A DNA stretch of 63,757 nt, filler included, from an uncultured bacterium (GTDB lineage Bacteria > Latescibacterota > UBA2968): NCBI GenBank assembly GCA_964471275.1. It is 7 parts of 7 records of this genome, joined end to end, with 100 filler letters (N's around TTAATTAATTAA, not from the genome) between each part and the next. Parts side by side here need not be neighbours in the genome. Positions count along the whole stretch, not along the records: positions 57,552 to 63,757 come from CAYYGZ010000255.1; 6 more parts are not named here. One strand, given 5' to 3'. Both the position numbers and the translations under genes were made by a program. Every line of letters begins with the position of its first letter. Position 1 is the stretch's first letter. Positions 58,311 to 63,757 of this stretch are shown here, piece by piece. The notes below the pieces were generated by a model. The model saw only the letters and a list, made by a program, of their open reading frames with translations, was not told the DNA's origin and did not search any database.

Positions 58311-58721
58311 ATGGAGCCCGGGAAATGGATCAGGAGAGAGCGGCAGAAGAAAGGCTGGACTCAGGCAGAACTGGGGTCCAAGCTCGAGCCGCCCGTCGCA
58401 CACCAGCAGATTCAGAAGTGGGAGAACTCAGATAATCTTGAGTTGAGGACGCTCCGCAGAATCAACGAGGCCTTGCCGATTCCGGAGGTTGGATTGCTGA
58501 TTGGGATCGACAACCCCACGGGTGATGTGGAGATCGCCCCGGGCGTGCCTATCTCTGTGGCTCTCGCACGGGATCTGGCTGAAATTGCCTCGACCGAAGA
58601 AGGTCGGGGGGTTCTGACCGAATTATTTCGACTATGTGCTGAAGGACCCGAGGCGCTCGCTCAGGCTCATCGAGTACTAATCGCGCTGACGCCTCCTGAA
58701 TCCAACCCCAGTGTTCGCTGA
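58311..58721 (+). CDS. XRE-family helix-turn-helix transcriptional regulator
   Basis: IRRERQKKGWTQAELG......QQIQKWEN....L.TL.RI..AL. Confidence 0.85.
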   Translation: MEPGKWIRRERQKKGWTQAELGSKLEPPVAHQQIQKWENSDNLELRTLRRINEALPIPEVGLLIGIDNPTGDVEIAPGVPISVALARDLAEIASTEEGRGVLTELFRLCAEGPEALAQAHRVLIALTPPESNPSVR

Positions 58722-59369
58722 ACGTCGGATTGCCGTCACTTGCGACTCGATCGCTTCCCACCATCGCTCCTGCCTCCTCCGGAGTTATCCAACAATTGAA
58801 TCAGCCTTCTCCCCCCGGCCAGGGAAAAGTCAACCACCCCCTCTTATACTTTCGTGCATCCGCATAGGTCCCCACCAGATTCGCGACTTGGCCTGACGAT
58901 CGCTGGCGATCGAGGCACCACAAAGAGGAGAGGTCCCGACCTTTCGATCAGGACCCCAGCCAAGCTATTGCTCTCTACCGAGATCGCGTGAAACTGCATC
59001 CACTACGTACCTTGACCCACTGCCTCAGACTGGCACCGATGCACCTCGATTCGGGCACCGGGCCTTCAACAGAACGTGGTTTCCGACCGGCCGGGGATGC
59101 GGGCCGATCATTCCCCTCCGCCTACGCTTCCCTTTTTGCTCTGTGCTGACCGTAGAGGTGGTAGGCACAGTCCGGACCCACCATCCGGACCGCGGCGGCC
59201 AGCCCGAAGCAGGGAGAGCTTCCTGCGTAGAATCATCGTACGATATCGATACCGACGCTCTATTTTCTGGGCTTGTTCGGATTCGAGTTGGTTGGGCAAG
59301 AACGTCGCTTCCCTGTTGAGGGACGTTCTTGCAAGTTTGCTCTTGGGACTCCCGGATCGAGCAGTGGGT

Positions 59370-59714
59370 TCACATATACCGCTTCCGCTCTGCCATCATC
59401 CCGATCCCCACAAAAGCGGCAACAACGACGACAACCAGGTAGCGATCCCCGAAATAGCTCAGGAGCTTGGCCAGACCAGGCGCGATGAAGATGGCCAGCA
59501 TACCGAAACCGAAGGCACAAACCAGGACAAATGTCAGGGCGCGAATGACGAAGTGTTTGTGTCGCACCTGGTTCTTCACCAGACGGTTGATATCGTCACC
59601 GAAGATCACAAGCAGTGAAGCGGTCAGTGCGGTGGTGATCTGGGTCATATGGCCCAGGGCCCACGTCCGGAGATATAGTTCAATCTGGTTCAGGAAATCG
59701 GTGACGATGTGCAC
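59370..59714 (-). CDS. DUF3392-like small membrane protein
   Basis: A.LLV.FG.DIN..VK......HFVIR...F.LVCAFGFG...IG..AER pattern; three TMs. Confidence 0.7.
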   Translation of the reverse strand: MHIVTDFLNQIELYLRTWALGHMTQITTALTASLLVIFGDDINRLVKNQVRHKHFVIRALTFVLVCAFGFGMLAIFIAPGLAKLLSYFGDRYLVVVVVAAFVGIGMMAERKRYM

Positions 59715-59930
59715 GGTGTATTCGGATCCCTCTGAGTCGGTTGGCCTGCTCTGATGGATTGACGGACCCCAGACTGAGCGTAATCCGTCTGGGTAGCGAA
59801 AACAGGGGGTCTGATGGACGGCGTTTGTGTATCCATCCTCAGATTCGGTACATTAGAACTTCGGAACGACCAAGACAAACTCGAATTGGCAGACAGACGA
59901 CTGGGCAGCGCATCGAGAAAGGGACATTTC

Positions 59931-60758
59931 ATGGCGGACGCATCCATCGAGCAGGAGGGCAACGTGCTCACACCCGAGATGGTCGACTTCTATGAAGACC
60001 ACGGATATCTCCACATCCCGCGGGTATTTGACGAAGACGAAATCGGGCGGATGGCGGACGAGTTGGACTGGCAGATCGAAACATGGGCAGGCAAGAGTCA
60101 GGGCTGGAGTGGCCCCTGGCGTCAGGTTTACATGGATGAGGAAACAGAAAAACAGTCGAAGCTGATCGCCCTTCACGACCTGCACCGCTACTCCAAGGCG
60201 TGGTGCGACGCCGTGACGCATCCCGGGCTGGCGGGAGCGATTGCCGACCTGATCGGCCCGGATGTCGAGCTCCACCACACGACGCTCCACGCCAAGCCGC
60301 CGGAAACCGGACACCCCTTCCCGATGCACCAGGATTGGGCCTTCTACAAGCACGAGGATGGCCGCTATGTCGACTGCCTCGTCCACCTCGATGACACGGA
60401 CGACCACAACGGGTGTATCCGCTTCCTGGATGGATCTCACAAACAGGGCGCCCTGAAGCACGTGACCGAGAATCCGGACGGTACCGGGTGCACACCGCAT
60501 TTACCCACGGACGAATGGGATCTCGAACACACCGTGCCCGTGCCGGCCAGACGGGGCGATGTCGTCGTCTTCTGTATCCACACCATCCACGGTTCGCGGA
60601 TCAACCAGAGCGACCGAATCCGGCGTATGGTGCGGGTTGGATACCGTAACCCGAGCAACGCGCAAACGGCAGGGCAATCGATGGGCCGCCCCGGGTTGAT
60701 GGTCTGGGGGCAGCGAAGTCGGGAACCGGGTCAGGAAGTCTACCCGACGAGTATCTAA
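59931..60758 (+). CDS. Phytanoyl-CoA dioxygenase (PhyH) family Fe(II)/2OG enzyme
   Basis: FYEDHGYL, KPP, HQD, NGCI.F..GSH, GDVV.F...T.HGS..N.S...RR. Confidence 0.92.
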   Translation: MADASIEQEGNVLTPEMVDFYEDHGYLHIPRVFDEDEIGRMADELDWQIETWAGKSQGWSGPWRQVYMDEETEKQSKLIALHDLHRYSKAWCDAVTHPGLAGAIADLIGPDVELHHTTLHAKPPETGHPFPMHQDWAFYKHEDGRYVDCLVHLDDTDDHNGCIRFLDGSHKQGALKHVTENPDGTGCTPHLPTDEWDLEHTVPVPARRGDVVVFCIHTIHGSRINQSDRIRRMVRVGYRNPSNAQTAGQSMGRPGLMVWGQRSREPGQEVYPTSI

Positions 60759-60761
60759 CGG

Positions 60762-61544
60762 TTGAACGATCTTGCCCTCACGCCCTGGGACGGCGTCCTC
60801 ATTGTCGTCGTCACGGTTCAGTCGCTTGCCATGGCTTACGCGGAATCGCCGAGGTGGAAACGGCTCTTCATGACGCTCCCCTTCCCGTTCACCGTTGTGG
60901 TTCTCTCTGTCGGACGACCGATCGACGGCAGTAACTTTGTCTCGATGCTCGTACTTCTGGCGTATACGCAAGTTTGCCGGATCCTGCACACGAAGCTGCG
61001 CGTCCCGATCGTGCCGACAATCGGGATCGGGATCAGCTTCTACACGGCCACGGGGTGGTTTCTCGCCGGTCGGTTTCCGCCGGGTGACCTGGCATTCTGG
61101 CTGGGATGTGCCTTCGCCCTGCCGTTGGGCTACGGTCTCAACCGGCTTCTGTCGAAAGTTCGGGAAACACCGTATCGGACGACCCTTCCGCTCGCAGCCA
61201 AGCTGCCGATCCTGCTTTCCCTCGCCACGCTTCTGGTCCTGATCAAGAACGGGTTGCAGGGCTTTGCCGGGTTCTTTCCGCTCGTATCCGTCATCGCCGC
61301 ATACGAGACACGCACGACCATGTGGACACTCGCCCGCCCCGTCCCGGTATTGATGATGACAATCACCCCGATGCTGATCGTTGCACGCCTCACACAACCC
61401 GTATGCGGACTCGAGATCGGAATGGCGGCCGGATGGGTCGCCTTTGGTATCGCATTGGCCTGGGTCTGGAGGTTCCAGCAGGAAGAACCTTTCAACGTAG
61501 AGGAAGCTGGGCACGCAGAGGGTAAGGCTAGTCGAACCATGTGA
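60762..61544 (+). CDS. Hypothetical polytopic membrane protein
   Basis: About eight hydrophobic segments with two FP-containing repeats (LPFPFT, GFFPLV); starts 3 nt after the PhyH stop. Confidence 0.65.
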   Translation: MNDLALTPWDGVLIVVVTVQSLAMAYAESPRWKRLFMTLPFPFTVVVLSVGRPIDGSNFVSMLVLLAYTQVCRILHTKLRVPIVPTIGIGISFYTATGWFLAGRFPPGDLAFWLGCAFALPLGYGLNRLLSKVRETPYRTTLPLAAKLPILLSLATLLVLIKNGLQGFAGFFPLVSVIAAYETRTTMWTLARPVPVLMMTITPMLIVARLTQPVCGLEIGMAAGWVAFGIALAWVWRFQQEEPFNVEEAGHAEGKASRTM

Positions 61545-61647
61545 GGCGAGGCGCAGAAGTAAGATACAGCAGCCACGATGTTTCCTACAGCAACCAGAAT
61601 CCAAGATGGATCTGGCACCACCTGCAGACGAATAGATGAGATCAAAT

Positions 61648-62448
61648 ATGGAAACCATACCCTCGGCCGGACCACTCGGCGCAGAGATTCGAGGTGTCGA
61701 TGCATCAAGGCCTCTCGACACATCTACTGTGGATCGGATCTACCAGGCGATCCTGGACCACTGCGTCGTCTACTTTAGAGATCAGACGGTCACCCAGAGA
61801 CAGCTCGTTGATTTCACCAATTGCTTCGGTGTCGCCGTCGAACACGTGCGCAGGCAGCCTCCCCGTGATGTGGACGAGATCTTCATCATCTCGAACGTAA
61901 GGGAGAACGGTCAGGACATCGGTGCGCTGGGGAACGCTGAACTGGCGTTCCACGCAGACCTGTCATACTTACCGAAATCGGGATCCCTGTCGATGCTCTA
62001 TTCGCTCGAGATTCCGTCCACCGGGGGCGCCACGATCTGGGTCGACTGTCGTGCCGCCTATGACGCGTTGTCGGAAGCAGAGAAGGAAGCGCTCGTCGGA
62101 CTCCGGGCTGTGCATCGCCACTACATAGAAGATCAGAATCCCGCGGGAGTCGTCGACCATCCCGTCGTCATATCGCATCCCGACACCGGTCGCCGATCGC
62201 TCTATGTGAGCCCCCACCTGACACAACGCATTGTCGATACCGAACCCGCCGCCAGCAAGCAGCTTCTCAACCGGCTCTACGCACACCAGGACAATCCCGA
62301 CTTTCACTACACCCACGATTGGCGGGTCGGTGATCTCGTCGTGTGGGACAATCGACCGACCATGCATCGCCGTGAATCTTTCCCTGAGAACGAACGTCGA
62401 CTGATGTGGCGAACCCAGATCCACAGCGATCGTGCGCCGGTGGCCTGA
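61648..62448 (+). CDS. TauD/TfdA family Fe(II)/2OG dioxygenase
   Basis: LGAEIRGVD, FRDQ, FHADLSY, GG.T.W.D..AAYD.L, HPVV..HP.TGR, H.W..GDLVVWDNR.TMHR. Confidence 0.92.
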   Translation: METIPSAGPLGAEIRGVDASRPLDTSTVDRIYQAILDHCVVYFRDQTVTQRQLVDFTNCFGVAVEHVRRQPPRDVDEIFIISNVRENGQDIGALGNAELAFHADLSYLPKSGSLSMLYSLEIPSTGGATIWVDCRAAYDALSEAEKEALVGLRAVHRHYIEDQNPAGVVDHPVVISHPDTGRRSLYVSPHLTQRIVDTEPAASKQLLNRLYAHQDNPDFHYTHDWRVGDLVVWDNRPTMHRRESFPENERRLMWRTQIHSDRAPVA

Positions 62449-63325
62449 CTTGGCTCAGCCTTTGTGCTCATCCTCTGACATCCTACTCCTCGGCCCGACG
62501 GCCATCCACGGCTATGCCCTCGCGCGTCGGTATCCCAACCGCGTGCGGGCCATCCACAGCACAAACAAGCGCGACGCGAAGCGTCTGGGTTGGCCGTATA
62601 TCGAACTGGAAGACATCACCGAAATGGCTCGGCTCCTAGCCAGATTCAAGGGCACGATCGTGTATGCACACGCTGTGTGTGACGTTCAACGATGCGAGGA
62701 ACACCCTGACTGGGCATACCAGAAAAATATCCGGAATCTTGAGGGGATCGTTCAAGCCCACCATCCTGAAGCCCGGTTTATCTACCTCTCCTCGGACCAC
62801 GCATTCGGCGAAGACGGGGTCTACGACGAGGACTCCGATCCGTGCCCCCTGTCATCCTATGCCCGCTCGCGCATCCAGGCCGAGCGGATCGCGCTGGCCA
62901 TCCCGGGCTCCCTCGTCGTCCGTGTACCCCTGTCGATCGGGCCGTCGGTAACCGGCCGCGTCGGTCACCTGGACTGGATTCGCTACCGTCACGACAAAGG
63001 CTTGCCGATCACGATCATCGAGGACGAGGCACGATCCGCCATCTCGGCCGCCGCCGTCGCCGACCGCATCATCGCCCTCTGTGACAGCGACATCACTGGG
63101 CTCAGACACATCGCCGCGACGCGCTCCGTATTGAGAACGGAACTGGCCGATGCCGTCTTCGCCTATCACGGCATCCCGCCGACGTATAACCTGGCGACTC
63201 GGTGCCAACAGCCGGCACCCCATCTGGGCCGCATCACGATAGCCACCCGGCACACGGGCCCCCTTGCCGACCCTTTGCCGTCAGCCGTCGACATCCTCCC
63301 GACGGCGCACCCCGAACAGCTCTAG
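62432..63325 (+). CDS. RmlD-like extended SDR / sugar-nucleotide-binding protein (atypical)
   Basis: CDVQRCEEHP..A...N, YLSSDH.F, Y.E...P.PLS.Y..SR..AE; start uncertain. Confidence 0.72.
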   Translation: MRRWPDLAQPLCSSSDILLLGPTAIHGYALARRYPNRVRAIHSTNKRDAKRLGWPYIELEDITEMARLLARFKGTIVYAHAVCDVQRCEEHPDWAYQKNIRNLEGIVQAHHPEARFIYLSSDHAFGEDGVYDEDSDPCPLSSYARSRIQAERIALAIPGSLVVRVPLSIGPSVTGRVGHLDWIRYRHDKGLPITIIEDEARSAISAAAVADRIIALCDSDITGLRHIAATRSVLRTELADAVFAYHGIPPTYNLATRCQQPAPHLGRITIATRHTGPLADPLPSAVDILPTAHPEQL

Positions 63326-63338
63326 CAGGAAGACCGGC

Positions 63339-63623
63339 GTGTCACGTGCACAAGCAGCCGACAGCGGACAGTGCACACTCCACACCGTCAGCATCAGTAA
63401 AGACACCGAGACGCACTACCACAAGACACACACGGAGGTCTATTACTTCCTCGAAGGTCAGGGAGAGATGGAACTGGATGGCGTGCGCCATCCTGCCCAG
63501 CTGGGGATATCGATCTTCATACCACCTGGCATACGACACCGTGCCGTCGTTGGAGATGAGCCTCTGAAGATCCTCAACTTCGTGATGCCTCCGTTCGACC
63601 CGGATGACGAGTGGTTTGACTGA
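63339..63623 (+). CDS. Cupin-2 domain protein
   Basis: HYHK.HTEVYY.LEG.G, IPPGIRHRA, P.FDPDDEWFD; GTG start with AGGA chosen, uncertain. Confidence 0.8.
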   Translation: MSRAQAADSGQCTLHTVSISKDTETHYHKTHTEVYYFLEGQGEMELDGVRHPAQLGISIFIPPGIRHRAVVGDEPLKILNFVMPPFDPDDEWFD

Positions 63624-63757
63624 TGACCGACTGTGCCCGCCACTGGATCCTGAAGACACCTGATTACTACACGTGCCTGACACGTTGGATTACCTCGATC
63701 GGTTTCCCTTGGAACGCTCGTGACAGCAATGCCTGGGATCGGCATCGACAAACCAAA

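Noticed and set aside
59108..59299. 63-aa minus-strand ORF downstream of the DUF3392-like gene
   Set aside because: Weak TTG start, no motif and no clear RBS; cannot be supported.
60501..61721. Long antisense ORFs (e.g. 406 aa here, 52328-53272, 44480-45442, 22819-23682)
   Set aside because: Shadows of well-supported genes on the opposite strand in GC-rich DNA.

Overview
The window is not one locus. It is seven unrelated ~9.4-9.6 kb contigs of a draft or metagenome-assembled bacterial genome, joined by six identical artificial 100-nt linkers (44 N + TTAATTAATTAA + 44 N). The five complete contigs fall in decreasing size order (9629, 9436, 9423, 9413, 9399 nt), so gene adjacency across a linker has no meaning. 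The sequence is moderately GC-rich. The gene content (DUF6784/6785-type membrane protein, DUF5916/CBM9 protein, a dockerin/EF-hand-like relic, PhyH/TauD/sulfatase/Gfo enzymes) suggests an FCB-group organism such as Ca. Latescibacterota; this is inference. Contents by contig: (1) TPR-Crp-sigma54 activator-degP and metallophosphoesterase-uvrC-ogt-xerD; (2) AmmeMemoRadiSam B, an in-frame Lnt-TatC fusion, bioF, a beta-helix protein, folD and an IS3 relic; (3) argC, a GNAT pseudogene, GH172, argBDGH, a degenerate primase-like protein and a P-loop kinase; (4) TPR and DUF4292 envelope proteins, a PKD lipoprotein-Wzx-PG-binding operon, an NtrC-type pseudogene, SCO and ABC-2; (5) DUF5916, an IMPase-like protein, a fliL relic, Hyi, a sulfatase-like protein and asd with a lysine riboswitch; (6) sugar catabolism genes, polX-nth, dksA, HpcH aldolase, a 42-aa small ORF and dusB; (7) an XRE regulator, DUF3392 and a PhyH-membrane-TauD-RmlD-like-cupin cluster. 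I recognised no tRNA, rRNA or CRISPR array. The most notable observations are a compact ~117-nt lysine riboswitch lacking the whole P2 arm, the Lnt-TatC fusion, a structured leader before a one-cysteine DksA, a catalytically degenerate primase-like gene, a self-contained 42-aa small-protein unit, and a sulfatase-family protein with Thr at the nucleophile position. All calls come from motif recognition by eye; no database searches were run.
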